DNA of 64,000 nucleotides from a virus (Duplodnaviria; Caudoviricetes): IMG/VR virus record IMGVR_UViG_3300032225_000686; one strand, 5' to 3'. Shown piece by piece: positions 54,233 to 64,000 of this stretch (position 1 is its first letter; each line of letters starts with the position of its first letter). The notes under the pieces were generated by a model. It saw only the letters and a program-made list of their open reading frames with translations, ran no database searches and was not told where the DNA came from. The position numbers and the translations under genes were made by a program.

Positions 54233-55409
54233 AGGTGATTGCATACAGGGAATGAAGACGCTACCCGATGGGTGCGTACATACCATAGTTACCTCTCCTC
54301 CCTATTATGGTCTTCGTGACTATGATGGTGGAGAGGCGGAAATCGGAGGCGAGGAAACTCCCGATGACTATGTGAAGAAGATGGTTGAGGTGTTCAGGGA
54401 AGCCAAGCGTATTCTCCGAGATGACGGTACGCTGTGGCTCAACCTTGGTGACACCTACGCTACTACGAGTGGAGGCATGGAGCAGTTGCGTAAGTTGGGG
54501 GATCAGACCCCAAACTACGGAGCGGTGAAGTACTCCGAAGGATACAAGGGAGTTTCGCAGAAGGGCAAGGACGGAGCAAAGAAGAGCGGTCTCAAGCACA
54601 AGGACTTGATTGGTATTCCGTGGCGAGTGGCTCTTGCTCTACAGGCTGATGGTTGGTATCTGCGTCAGGACATCATTTGGAACAAGCCAAATCCTATGCC
54701 TGAGAGTGTGACCGACCGTTGCACCAAGTCGCATGAGTATATCTTCCTGCTGACGAAGCAGCCAAAGTATTACTACGATAACGAAGCCATCAAGGAGCCT
54801 GCTACTACTTCCCCTGCTTATAGAGACAAGCATGGTGAGGGCTATCATGCAGACTATCCCAACGGTGATAGATTCTCACCCGGCGAGCGTGTATGGGGAG
54901 CGGACGGTAAGCGGAACAAGCGTTCGGTGTGGACGGTGACTACCAAGGCGTACAAGGGTGCACACTTCGCTACCTATCCAAAAGACTTGATTGAGCCTTG
55001 CGTCCTCGCGGGTACGAGCGAGCATGGATGTTGCTGCAAGTGTGGTACACCTTGGATTCGTAAGGTTGAGACTGCTCGCTCTTTTGAAAGCGGTTCTGGA
55101 AAAAGCGATAACCTGCCAGAAGGGAAAAACGGAAAGAATCTTCAAGGCGGCGGGGAAACCAAAGATATTCGCAGAGGTCCGGTCTGCCATACTAAAACTA
55201 TTGGGTGGGAATCTGCTTGTTCTTGTGAAGCAGAAGTTGTTCCCTGCACGGTGTTTGATCCGTTCACAGGCAGCGGCACAACTGCTGTAGTTGCTTTGAA
55301 TCACGGGCGCAAGTACATCGGCACAGAGTTGAACCCCGAGTACATCAAGTTGGCCGAGGGCAGGATCGCAGAAGAAGCACCCCTAACACTATTGGATTTC
55401 CTAGCATGA
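54204..55409 (+). CDS. beta-class amino-DNA methyltransferase (SPPY)
   Basis: TSPPY precedes DPFTGSGTT; HFATYP. Confidence 0.92.
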   Translation: MEDSRYQIIEGDCIQGMKTLPDGCVHTIVTSPPYYGLRDYDGGEAEIGGEETPDDYVKKMVEVFREAKRILRDDGTLWLNLGDTYATTSGGMEQLRKLGDQTPNYGAVKYSEGYKGVSQKGKDGAKKSGLKHKDLIGIPWRVALALQADGWYLRQDIIWNKPNPMPESVTDRCTKSHEYIFLLTKQPKYYYDNEAIKEPATTSPAYRDKHGEGYHADYPNGDRFSPGERVWGADGKRNKRSVWTVTTKAYKGAHFATYPKDLIEPCVLAGTSEHGCCCKCGTPWIRKVETARSFESGSGKSDNLPEGKNGKNLQGGGETKDIRRGPVCHTKTIGWESACSCEAEVVPCTVFDPFTGSGTTAVVALNHGRKYIGTELNPEYIKLAEGRIAEEAPLTLLDFLA

Positions 55410-55669
55410 ACAAGTTAAGACCTATTGGCAAGTGGATTGAAGTTCAGACCGTTGGCGGTGGCGAGAAGACCACAGAGAGTGGCGTAATCTACACCGAGAA
55501 GATTCGCTCACAGATGGTGTGGAGTACGGTCATCTCTATCGGTGACAAGTTGAGCGAAGACATCAAGGTTGGAGATAAGGTGCTGTGGGACATCTCCAAG
55601 ATCAAGGGTCAGGGCTACGGTAACAACAATGTGATCCATCAGGATTGGATCGCTATGGTGGAGAGATGA
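55406..55669 (+). CDS. GroES-like co-chaperonin
   Basis: LRPIG, EKTTESGVI and IKVGDKVL motifs. Confidence 0.8.
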   Translation: MNKLRPIGKWIEVQTVGGGEKTTESGVIYTEKIRSQMVWSTVISIGDKLSEDIKVGDKVLWDISKIKGQGYGNNNVIHQDWIAMVER

Positions 55670-55670
55670 T

Positions 55671-56459
55671 ATGGATAAGACGGTATTCCTCCCCATCCTT
55701 ACCCGAAATCATAACAACTATCTCAAGCACTATCTTCGTTGCATAGATGAGTTGGACTATCCCAAGGATAAGATAGTCATCTACATCAATACAAACAACA
55801 ACGATGATGATAGTGTTAGAACTTTGTTGAATTGGATGCAAAGAGTCCACAAGGATTACAAGAAGGTCATCTTTGAACACAATGACTATTCGGGGCTGAA
55901 AAAAGAAATGGAGTGGGGGGAAGATGGAGGAAGAAGACTCCATGTGATGTCCATCATCAGGCAGAGAAGCCTAGACCTGTGTAAGACAGAAAAGTGTGAC
56001 TACTTCTTCCCTATGGATACCGACAATTGGGTTGAGCCTTGTACACTAAAGTATCTTGTTAGCAAGGATCTTCCTCTCGTAGCACCATTCTTGAAGGATT
56101 TTGCGGAGAGGAATGTATATTCCAACTTCTTTTACACCCTGAATGAATGGGGATTTATAGGAACCGATCCTGATTATGAGTCCTTCAAGATTTGGCACAG
56201 AATTGATATGAATGGAACTTTTGAAGTCCCCCTAATTCATTGCACCTACCTTTTGGATTGCAAGTACATCGACAAGGTTCATTACTACGATGGAAGCAAT
56301 CAATGGGAGTTTATAACTTTCGCTAACAGCGCAAGAAATGGCGGGGTAAACCAATACATTTGCAATGAGAGAATGTTTGGGTTTGTTCGTTATGATACTG
56401 TGGTCGATGATGAGAATTGCTATCAGTTAATGGAGGCGAAGGTAGAAAATGATAACTGA
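55671..56459 (+). CDS. GT-A glycosyltransferase (PLOD/collagen-GT-like)
   Basis: LDYPKDKI, YFFPMDTD, SNF and VPLIHCTYL motifs. Confidence 0.75.
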   Translation: MDKTVFLPILTRNHNNYLKHYLRCIDELDYPKDKIVIYINTNNNDDDSVRTLLNWMQRVHKDYKKVIFEHNDYSGLKKEMEWGEDGGRRLHVMSIIRQRSLDLCKTEKCDYFFPMDTDNWVEPCTLKYLVSKDLPLVAPFLKDFAERNVYSNFFYTLNEWGFIGTDPDYESFKIWHRIDMNGTFEVPLIHCTYLLDCKYIDKVHYYDGSNQWEFITFANSARNGGVNQYICNERMFGFVRYDTVVDDENCYQLMEAKVENDN

Positions 56460-57123
56460 AAAAATTCCAATAGCAATATCCTCATCTGATAAACCTAAGT
56501 ACGCGGAGCGAAGACAAAAAATCAAAGAAACTTGGCTCAAGGATTTGAACACAGATAGGTTCTATCCCCTCTTCTTGGTAAACAACAAGGAAAGAGCAGA
56601 GGGTAATGAATATCTGTATTGCTCCGAGGAGCAGACTCTTTATGTAAATTGCGAAGATCATTATGCTTATACTTCAAACAAGTTGAGATGCTATTATTCT
56701 TGGGCATTAGCCGAAACAGCAGCATCTCACTTTTGGAAGTGTGATGATGATACTTACATCAACCCAACAAAGTTTAATAGTTATACCGCTTTCTTGTCAT
56801 ATGACTATTTGGGTTGTCTTATGAACATCACCGACAAAGAAGGTGTGTTCAAGGGTCTTTATAGACAGTTCATGAGTGGTGCGGGACACTCTGTTTCAAG
56901 AAAAGCAGCGAGCGGGATTCTACGCTTTCTTCCCCACATCGGTCCTGACGATTGGTTTCAAGGTTCTATAATTATGGATAAAATGCCCGATGCTTTATGG
57001 TATAATGAGCAAAGCATAGACCCATTTTCGGGATGCAAAAGGATAGATGGATTGATGATCGGTCACTATGTGTTTCCTGAAGATATGGAGACCATGCACA
57101 ACTACTACAAGGACGGCAATTGA
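56449..57123 (+). CDS. GT31 galactosyltransferase-family protein
   Basis: RRQKIKETW, WKCDDDTYI and SGAG motifs. Confidence 0.75.
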   Translation: MITEKIPIAISSSDKPKYAERRQKIKETWLKDLNTDRFYPLFLVNNKERAEGNEYLYCSEEQTLYVNCEDHYAYTSNKLRCYYSWALAETAASHFWKCDDDTYINPTKFNSYTAFLSYDYLGCLMNITDKEGVFKGLYRQFMSGAGHSVSRKAASGILRFLPHIGPDDWFQGSIIMDKMPDALWYNEQSIDPFSGCKRIDGLMIGHYVFPEDMETMHNYYKDGN

Positions 57124-59666
57124 ACTTCTACACCCATGTAGCCGTAAAAGGCTCCAACATCCTCTTCCGTGGCTACGAGAACGGCAAGAAGGTTTCATAC
57201 AAGGCAGACTTCGCACCAACCCTGTTCGTCCCCGCAAAGGGCAAGCAAACAGATTGGTCTACTCTTGATGGTAAGCCTGTTGAGCCATTTCAGCCCGGCA
57301 GTATCCGCGATTGTAACGAGTTCATCAAGGAGTACCGTGGTGTGAGCGGCTTTGAGATATACGGCAACTCCGAGTGGGTCTATCAATACATCGGAAAGCA
57401 GTACCCCAATGATGTTGAGTATGATCCTTCTCTGCTTCGTGTTGGTTTCATAGACATTGAGACCGAGAGCGAAGATGGATTCCCCAACATCAAAACTGCT
57501 ACTGAGAGAGTCAACGCCATTACCCTGAAGGTCAAAGGCAAGACATTGGTGTTTGGTTTGGGTAAGTTCGCCTTGCCCGATGCCAAGTGCTTTCAGTATG
57601 ATGACGAAGCCAAGATGTTGCAGGAGTTCCTTGCGGCATGGGAGGCTCTAGACATAGACATCATTACGGGATGGAACATCAACTTCTTTGACATTCCCTA
57701 CCTTGTCAATCGCATCACACGACTGTTCGGTGAGAAAGAAGCCATGCGTCTTTCCCCGTGGAGAGACATTCGCTCCCGAACAGTAGTGGTCATGAACAAG
57801 GAGAATGAGGTCTATGACTTGTTGGGGATAGCAACCCTCGACTACTTCGACCTGTACCGCAAGTTCACCTATGTGAATCAGGAGTCCTATGCCCTGAATC
57901 ATATCGCTTGGGTGGAGTTGGGCGAGCGTAAGAAGCACTATGAGGGAACCCTATCTGATTTCTACAAGAGGGACTTTCAGAAGTTCATTGAGTACAATCA
58001 GCACGATGTTGCTCTCGTAGAGATGCTTGAGAACAAGTTGAAGTTGCTTGAACTCTCCTTGGCTCTAGCCTACTCTGCCAAGGTGAATCTGAATGATGTC
58101 TTCTCGCAAGTCCGTACATGGGATGCTATCATCTACCATCACCTGACCAAGAAGAAAATTGCCATCCCGATGAAGAAGGGGGACGCAGAGAAGGAGGACA
58201 AGTTTGAGGGAGCCTATGTGAAGGAGCCTCTTGTGGGCAGTCACGATTGGGTGGTCTCGTTTGACTTGGACTCGCTGTACCCCCACCTAATCATGCAGTA
58301 CAACCTTAGCCCCGATACCAAGGTTGTAGACCGACAGGTTGAGCCTCTAGCCTACACAGTAGAAGACTTCCTCACGCGGGCACACGCGGGCGCGGACACG
58401 CACACGCGGGCGTACATGGAGAAGATGTTTGACAAGGGCTACTGCGTTGCTGCTAACTGCGTTTGCTTCACCAAGAGCAAGCAGGGCTTCTTGCCTGAAC
58501 TCATGGAGACCATGTATGAGGATCGCAAGGCATTCAAGAAGAAGATGCTTGAAGCCAAAGCAGCACTAAAGCAGTTGGGGGAAGATGCTCCCGCCGATAA
58601 GGTCAAGGAGTTGAAACTTGACATCACCAAGTATCACAACTTCCAGTTGGTTCGTAAGATTCAGTTGAACTCTGCGTTTGGTGCTTGCGGCAATCAGTAC
58701 TTCCGCTATTACGATCCACAGATAGCCGAAGCCATTACCTATTCCGGTCAGTTGTCGATTCGTTGGATTGAGACCGCTTTGAACAAGTTCCTAAACAAGA
58801 CACTCAAGACCAACAAGACAGATTACATCATTGCGAGCGATACGGACTCTGTGTACATCCGTCTAGGTAACTTGGTCAAGCAGATCATGCCCAACGAGAC
58901 CGATCCACAAAAGATCACCAAGTTCTTGAACCGTTTCTGCAACGAGGTCTTGCAGCCACTCATCAACAAGGAGTTTGCCCAACTAGCAGAGCAGCAGCAG
59001 GCTTACTCACAGAAGATGAACATGAAGCGAGAGGGTATTGCTAGCCGTGGTATATGGACAGGCAAGAAGCACTACATCCTTGCAATATGGATGGGCGAGG
59101 ACAATGTTCTGTTGCAGAAGCCCGAGATCAAGATGATGGGTATTGAGACTGCCAAGAGCAGCACACCGTTCATCGTGCGCGAGGCTTTGAAGAAGGCTAT
59201 CAGTATCATCATCAACGGAACCCGCGAGGAGTTGGTATCGTTTGTTGGCTCTTTCAAGGATACTTTCAATAGTAGCCCCGTGGAGGAAGTTGCATTCCCG
59301 CGTGGGTGCAACAACCTGAAGGAATACAAAGACCCGACGATGATCTACAAGAAGTCAACTCCTATTGCTGTGAAGGGAGCCTTGATTTATAACCATTTTC
59401 TCCGCGAGAAGAACCTGACCAAGAAGTACCCTCTGATAGGTGATGGCGAGAAGGTCAAGTTCATCTATCTGCGAATGCCCAATCCCGTGAAGGACAAGGT
59501 TATTTCGTTTAGCGGCAAGATTCCCAAGGAGTTTGGGCTAGAGGCGAAATACATAGACTATGACGCGCAATTCGACAAGTCTTTTGTAGTGCCTCTCACA
59601 ACTATTACAAATCTGATCGGTTGGAACATCTTTGAAATGAGCACCTTGGAGGATCTATTGTCATGA
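57120..59666 (+). CDS. 43: family B DNA polymerase (T4 gp43)
   Basis: DIET, FDIPY, SFDLDSLYP, KIQLNSAFG and SDTDS motifs. Confidence 0.97.
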   Translation: MNFYTHVAVKGSNILFRGYENGKKVSYKADFAPTLFVPAKGKQTDWSTLDGKPVEPFQPGSIRDCNEFIKEYRGVSGFEIYGNSEWVYQYIGKQYPNDVEYDPSLLRVGFIDIETESEDGFPNIKTATERVNAITLKVKGKTLVFGLGKFALPDAKCFQYDDEAKMLQEFLAAWEALDIDIITGWNINFFDIPYLVNRITRLFGEKEAMRLSPWRDIRSRTVVVMNKENEVYDLLGIATLDYFDLYRKFTYVNQESYALNHIAWVELGERKKHYEGTLSDFYKRDFQKFIEYNQHDVALVEMLENKLKLLELSLALAYSAKVNLNDVFSQVRTWDAIIYHHLTKKKIAIPMKKGDAEKEDKFEGAYVKEPLVGSHDWVVSFDLDSLYPHLIMQYNLSPDTKVVDRQVEPLAYTVEDFLTRAHAGADTHTRAYMEKMFDKGYCVAANCVCFTKSKQGFLPELMETMYEDRKAFKKKMLEAKAALKQLGEDAPADKVKELKLDITKYHNFQLVRKIQLNSAFGACGNQYFRYYDPQIAEAITYSGQLSIRWIETALNKFLNKTLKTNKTDYIIASDTDSVYIRLGNLVKQIMPNETDPQKITKFLNRFCNEVLQPLINKEFAQLAEQQQAYSQKMNMKREGIASRGIWTGKKHYILAIWMGEDNVLLQKPEIKMMGIETAKSSTPFIVREALKKAISIIINGTREELVSFVGSFKDTFNSSPVEEVAFPRGCNNLKEYKDPTMIYKKSTPIAVKGALIYNHFLREKNLTKKYPLIGDGEKVKFIYLRMPNPVKDKVISFSGKIPKEFGLEAKYIDYDAQFDKSFVVPLTTITNLIGWNIFEMSTLEDLLS

Positions 59667-59841
59667 CTATGCAACTACTTGGCGCGGTGATTGTTATGTG
59701 CGTCGGCTACTTTTTGGGTATGGTTGTATACGAGCAGATGAAAATGCTTGCAGAAAAGAAACACAGACAAAAGATTCGGGAAGAACTTGACCGTCTGTAC
59801 AAAGACTGATAAACTACACTATTCTAAATGGAGTATACACA

Positions 59842-60894
59842 ATGAGCGACTTTCTAAAGAGCATGATTCGTGCGTCGGGTAACGAGTGGGCAACCATAGC
59901 AGAGGACGGAGTTGATGGTGATGTTGCGGGCTTTGTTGATACAGGCTCCTACATCTTCAACGCTCTTCTATCGGGTTCACTAAAGGGCGGTATCGCAAGC
60001 AACAAGATTCTTGGTATCGCGGGCGAGAGTGCGACAGGCAAGACCTACTTCGCTCTCGGTATCGCAGCACAGTTCTTGAAGGACAATCCCGATGGAGCGA
60101 TCCTCTACTTTGACAGCGAGCAGGCTGTTACAAGTGAGATGATCTCGGGCAGAGGTCTTGATCCCTCTCGCGTAGCCGTATTCCCTGTGGCTACCGTTGA
60201 GCAGTTCCGCCATCAGTTGCTACAGATCATAGACAACTACGGCAAGTTGGACGAGAAGAAGCGTAAGCCCTTCTTTGTGGTATTGGACTCGCTAGGCATG
60301 TTGAGCACTAGCAAGGAAACTAACGACACACTTGAAGGCAAGGAAGTTCGTGACATGACCCGTTCGCAGGTCATCAAGGGAACCTTCAGAGTTCTAACCA
60401 TGAAGTTGGGTCTGCACAAGATTCCTATGGTTGTGACTAACCACACCTATGATGTCGTGGGTGCATATGTTCCGACCAAGGAGATGGGTGGTGGTAGTGG
60501 TCTGAAGTACGCTGCGTCTACCATCGTCTACCTGTCCAAGAAGAAGCACAAGGTAGATGATGAAGTTGTTGGTAACATCATCCATTGCAAGTTGTACAAG
60601 GCTCGTTTCACCCGCGAGAACAAGATGGTGGATGTTCTGCTTACCTTTGACAAGGGTCTTGATAGATACTATGGTCTAGTTGACCTTGCTCTCTCGCAGG
60701 GCGTGTTCAAGAAGGTTTCCACCAAGATTGAACTACCTGATGGGACTACCGCCTTTGAGAGTCATATCAACAAGAACCCCACCAAGTTCTTCACCGAAGA
60801 AGTAATGAAGTCCCTTGAGGTAGCAGCCGCAAAGGAATTCAAGTACGGTAGCGATAGTGAAGTAGAAGTAGAACAGGAGACCGAGAATGTCTGA
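59842..60894 (+). CDS. uvsX: RecA-like recombinase UvsX
   Basis: [17 protein letters not shown] and [12 protein letters not shown] motifs. Confidence 0.95.
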   Translation: MSDFLKSMIRASGNEWATIAEDGVDGDVAGFVDTGSYIFNALLSGSLKGGIASNKILGIAGESATGKTYFALGIAAQFLKDNPDGAILYFDSEQAVTSEMISGRGLDPSRVAVFPVATVEQFRHQLLQIIDNYGKLDEKKRKPFFVVLDSLGMLSTSKETNDTLEGKEVRDMTRSQVIKGTFRVLTMKLGLHKIPMVVTNHTYDVVGAYVPTKEMGGGSGLKYAASTIVYLSKKKHKVDDEVVGNIIHCKLYKARFTRENKMVDVLLTFDKGLDRYYGLVDLALSQGVFKKVSTKIELPDGTTAFESHINKNPTKFFTEEVMKSLEVAAAKEFKYGSDSEVEVEQETENV

Positions 60895-61573
60895 TAAGAA
60901 CTTAAGCATCGTTATTCCCTACCGTAACAGGGAAGAACATATGGCTATATTTGTACCTCACATGGAGAAGTTTCTCTACGATAGAGGTATTCTTCGATTT
61001 AGAATACGGTTGATAGAACAGGCGGCTACCCAAGAAGAACAACCATTCAACAGAGCAAAACTATTGAATGTTGGGTTTGATATCGACAAAGATTGGGCAG
61101 ACTATTTTTGCTTCCATGATGTGGACATGATCCCAACAGAAGCAGACTATTCGTATGTAAATGAACCGACTCATATGGCTACGGAATGCTCTCAATTCGG
61201 GTATCAGTTGCCGTATGGTGGTTACTTCGGCGGGGTTACCATGTTCAACAAACAAGACTTTATGGAAGTTAATGGATACAGTAATCTCTATTGGGGATGG
61301 GGAGCAGAAGATGATGACATGATGCTTCGTTGCTATGCAAAGGGAAAGATAATTCCTCCTGCTCATATCCCTCGTCGTAGAGGTCGTTATGAATCCTTGG
61401 CTCACAAGAGAACTGTTTGGTTGAATGAATACAAGGAAAACATCAATCGTTTGAGAGGTCTTACTGAAGAGAATGTGATAGTTGAAGGTCTAAACACTCT
61501 CACCTACACAGAAGTTGCTAGGGGTGTTATACCCGAAAGCCGTCATACTACAAAGATAAAGGTTTCTATATGA
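60887..61573 (+). CDS. GT7 beta-1,4-galactosyltransferase-family protein
   Basis: [26 protein letters not shown] and WGWGAEDDD motifs. Confidence 0.9.
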   Translation: MSDKNLSIVIPYRNREEHMAIFVPHMEKFLYDRGILRFRIRLIEQAATQEEQPFNRAKLLNVGFDIDKDWADYFCFHDVDMIPTEADYSYVNEPTHMATECSQFGYQLPYGGYFGGVTMFNKQDFMEVNGYSNLYWGWGAEDDDMMLRCYAKGKIIPPAHIPRRRGRYESLAHKRTVWLNEYKENINRLRGLTEENVIVEGLNTLTYTEVARGVIPESRHTTKIKVSI

Positions 61574-62358
61574 AGGGTGTAATAGTCGGTACTGTTAAGG
61601 GATTGACTATAAGTCAAGTGTACCCTTGGGCTTCTACAGCAGCAAAGACAGGTAATAGAGTTGTTCTTTTGAGTATGGAAGAGAACAAGGTACTATCCAT
61701 GCAGATGAAAGGGTTGGGAGTAGAGGTTGTTTCGAAACCAGTAACTTTAACAAATAGGTCTCCACATAACGAGAGATTCATACTACAGCACGAATACCTG
61801 AATACCTGTGAAGAAGAATATGCCATCATTACAGATGTCAGAGATGTAGTGTTTCAAGAAGACCCAATTCAATGGTTGAGGGACAACTTGGGGGAGTACA
61901 AGGCGGTATGTGCTAGTGAGGGTTTGGCATACAAGGATGAGCCTTGGGGTAATGATAACCTAAAGGAAGGCTATCCTGAATTGTACGAGACCCACAAAGA
62001 CAACACGATTGTTAATGTTGGCGTTATAGGTGGAAGGACTAAAGATGTTGCAAATATTTGCCTTTCCATCTACGATATGTGCAAGGTAAACAAAGCATAT
62101 CTTTCGGATCAGTCTTCTTTCAATGTCTTGTGCGCCAAAGAAGAAATGCAATCTGTAATTCGAAAGACTTCATCTGAGGATAGTTTTTGTATCAATGCCG
62201 GAACCTTCGTCAGAAACGCTGTTGGAGGTAGGTTTGTTCTGAACGATTCAACCGCTCATCTGCTGAGAGAACCGGAACCAGTATTCGATGGCCAGTCACT
62301 AAAGACCCCTAGTGGAGTACCTTATTGTGTCGTTCATCAATGGGATAGAATTCCATGA
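61570..62358 (+). CDS. putative GT-A glycosyltransferase
   Basis: TDVRDVVFQ.DP, NVGVIGG, DQ..FN and HQWDR motifs. Confidence 0.7.
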   Translation: MKGVIVGTVKGLTISQVYPWASTAAKTGNRVVLLSMEENKVLSMQMKGLGVEVVSKPVTLTNRSPHNERFILQHEYLNTCEEEYAIITDVRDVVFQEDPIQWLRDNLGEYKAVCASEGLAYKDEPWGNDNLKEGYPELYETHKDNTIVNVGVIGGRTKDVANICLSIYDMCKVNKAYLSDQSSFNVLCAKEEMQSVIRKTSSEDSFCINAGTFVRNAVGGRFVLNDSTAHLLREPEPVFDGQSLKTPSGVPYCVVHQWDRIP

Positions 62359-63044
62359 AAGTAGCGTTGTGTCTTTCGGGGCAACCTAGAGGACTTGAAA
62401 AGGCATACGAGTATGTCAGCAAGAATCTTCTTGATGAGAATGATGTTGATATCTTTTGTCATACTTGGGATGATGGAGACCTAGTTGATAAGGTATACCG
62501 ACCAACTCATTTGGGAGTAACTCTATCGTCACAGGTAAAATGGGATGGGGAATTCCGCACTAGAGACCCCATAAACCACCCCGCAAGAAACACAATCTGC
62601 TTTTACTATTCTCTCTATTGCTCAGATATGTTTCGAAAGGAATACGAAATCCGAGAAGGGTTTCGCTATGATGTGGTGATACGATCTCGCTATGACTACG
62701 CTATAGCAAGACCATTAGACTTCTCTACGATTGATCTCACGAAGATATGGACTCCCCTGATTAAAATACCCATGCCTTCAGGATTCCTTTGCACAGATCA
62801 GTTTGCGTTTTCTAATTCTAACAACATGGGGGTCTACTCTGATGTATACCCAAACATAGGAAAGTACCACGAAACAGGAACCTTGGTAAATGGGGAAGAC
62901 TTGCTAGCAAGACATTTACGAGAAAGTCAACTAGCAGACTTGGTGTCTTACATGGACATGTGGGATCCTTTCATGGGTGGCAAATACAACTATGGACCGC
63001 ATTCTTTGATTAGAGATGACATGGAAGAGTGGAGAAACAAATGA
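62355..63044 (+). CDS. putative glycosyltransferase-like protein
   Basis: VALCLSGQPR, HTW, YDVVIRSRYD and DQFA motifs. Confidence 0.65.
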   Translation: MKVALCLSGQPRGLEKAYEYVSKNLLDENDVDIFCHTWDDGDLVDKVYRPTHLGVTLSSQVKWDGEFRTRDPINHPARNTICFYYSLYCSDMFRKEYEIREGFRYDVVIRSRYDYAIARPLDFSTIDLTKIWTPLIKIPMPSGFLCTDQFAFSNSNNMGVYSDVYPNIGKYHETGTLVNGEDLLARHLRESQLADLVSYMDMWDPFMGGKYNYGPHSLIRDDMEEWRNK

Positions 63045-63844
63045 AGGTTGTCTGTAGTAGGCAGCCAAATTGGCTGAACTTTGAGTTGGATTTCCCCTGC
63101 GAGATTCATCTACAACAGCCAGAGATGCCATTCAACCCAAACGATGGGGTTTACCGAGTCTATTGTGATTCCTTCGAACCCACCTCTTCTTGCGTACCGC
63201 ACAACTACATGGAGCAGGTGTTCCCTATGTATAACCTTGTTCTGACAAAAAATGAGGACACCGTTTCTCGTTTTCCAAACGCTAGACTATTCCTGTTCGG
63301 GTCATCATTCATATACCCCGCATTACCTACCAAGAAAGAATTCTCTGTATCTTTCATAACAACTCGACCCCCTTGGCATTTGAGTGGGTATGACATTCGA
63401 TACGAATTGTGGAAGAGGCAAGATGAAATTAAAGTACCCAAGGTTTTCTACAGTTCAAACAGAATGCCTATTGATCCAAGCAGGCTTCTGCCGGGTGATG
63501 GTTCAAATATGGACAAGATGGTTATGTTTGAGTCTATGTTCCACATAGCAGTTGAGAACACCAACGAGCCAAACTACTTCACCGAAAAGATCAATGATTG
63601 TTTTTGGACGGAGACCGTTCCTCTCTATTGGGGGAACAGGAAAACCATAGACAATTTGTTTGATTCTAATGGAGTGATTCACTTCCAAACTGTAGATGAA
63701 CTCATAGATAGATGTAACAACTTGACAGAAACCGATTACTTCTCAAGAGTTGATGCAATGAAGAAGAATAAAATCGTATCCGTAGAGTATGCTAGGGATA
63801 TGAATGATAGAATCCGAGAGCAGATTCTTTTGAGTAGGAGTTGA
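63041..63844 (+). CDS. GT10 alpha-1,3-fucosyltransferase-like protein
   Basis: FHIAVEN...NYFTEKI...PLYWG. Confidence 0.75.
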   Translation: MKVVCSRQPNWLNFELDFPCEIHLQQPEMPFNPNDGVYRVYCDSFEPTSSCVPHNYMEQVFPMYNLVLTKNEDTVSRFPNARLFLFGSSFIYPALPTKKEFSVSFITTRPPWHLSGYDIRYELWKRQDEIKVPKVFYSSNRMPIDPSRLLPGDGSNMDKMVMFESMFHIAVENTNEPNYFTEKINDCFWTETVPLYWGNRKTIDNLFDSNGVIHFQTVDELIDRCNNLTETDYFSRVDAMKKNKIVSVEYARDMNDRIREQILLSRS

Positions 63845-63847
63845 TTA

Positions 63848-64000
63848 TGAGTAGCAGTCTAATACAAGCAGTTCTTTTTGATCTTGATGGGGTTCTTGTT
63901 GATGCGTGTGATTGGCACTACGAATCCCTAAACACCGCTTTGGTCGAATGCGGTCACGCACCCATAAGCAGGGAAGATCATATTAGCAAATACAACGGAT
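63848..64000 (+). CDS. HAD-family hydrolase (5' part; runs off the window)
   Basis: AVLFDLDGVLVD. Confidence 0.8.

Noticed and set aside
57120-59666. Intein, intron or split in the DNA polymerase
   Set aside because: The 848-aa ORF is continuous, with normal motif order and no splicing motifs.

Overview
This window is 64 kb of a large T4-like (myovirus-type) bacteriophage genome. The right end carries the T4 replication module (gp45, gp44, gp62, regA, gp43, uvsX), interleaved with dUTPase, a DNA methyltransferase, GroES, a lysozyme and many glycosyltransferases. A cluster of 15 tRNA genes lies at 41.0-47.5 kb with guaC and a Dps-like gene; it includes an unusual Ser(ACT), a short-arm Leu(TAA) and a ~124-nt tRNA-like RNA. 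The accessory region (1-41 kb) holds the most interesting patterns. (i) About 13 late proteins begin with a T4 internal-protein-like leader (MK[ST]F..[HY][IL].E), three of them paralogous R-S-ExE ADP-ribosyltransferases. (ii) Seven small early proteins share the C-terminal motif AR-x-x-W-x-x-L-x-x-x-G-W. (iii) A GC-rich MoxR-AAA+/VWA island also encodes a free copy of the MoxR N-terminal domain and three separate structured non-coding elements. (iv) Four Cys-bearing late proteins begin M[AP]KQxQ. Window-wide signals are leaderless sigma70-type transcripts and apparent avoidance of AGCT, ACGT and CCWGG, which extends into the tRNA D-stems. The host is probably diderm and GC-rich (inference). 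All calls come from reading motifs by eye; no searches or folding programs were run.
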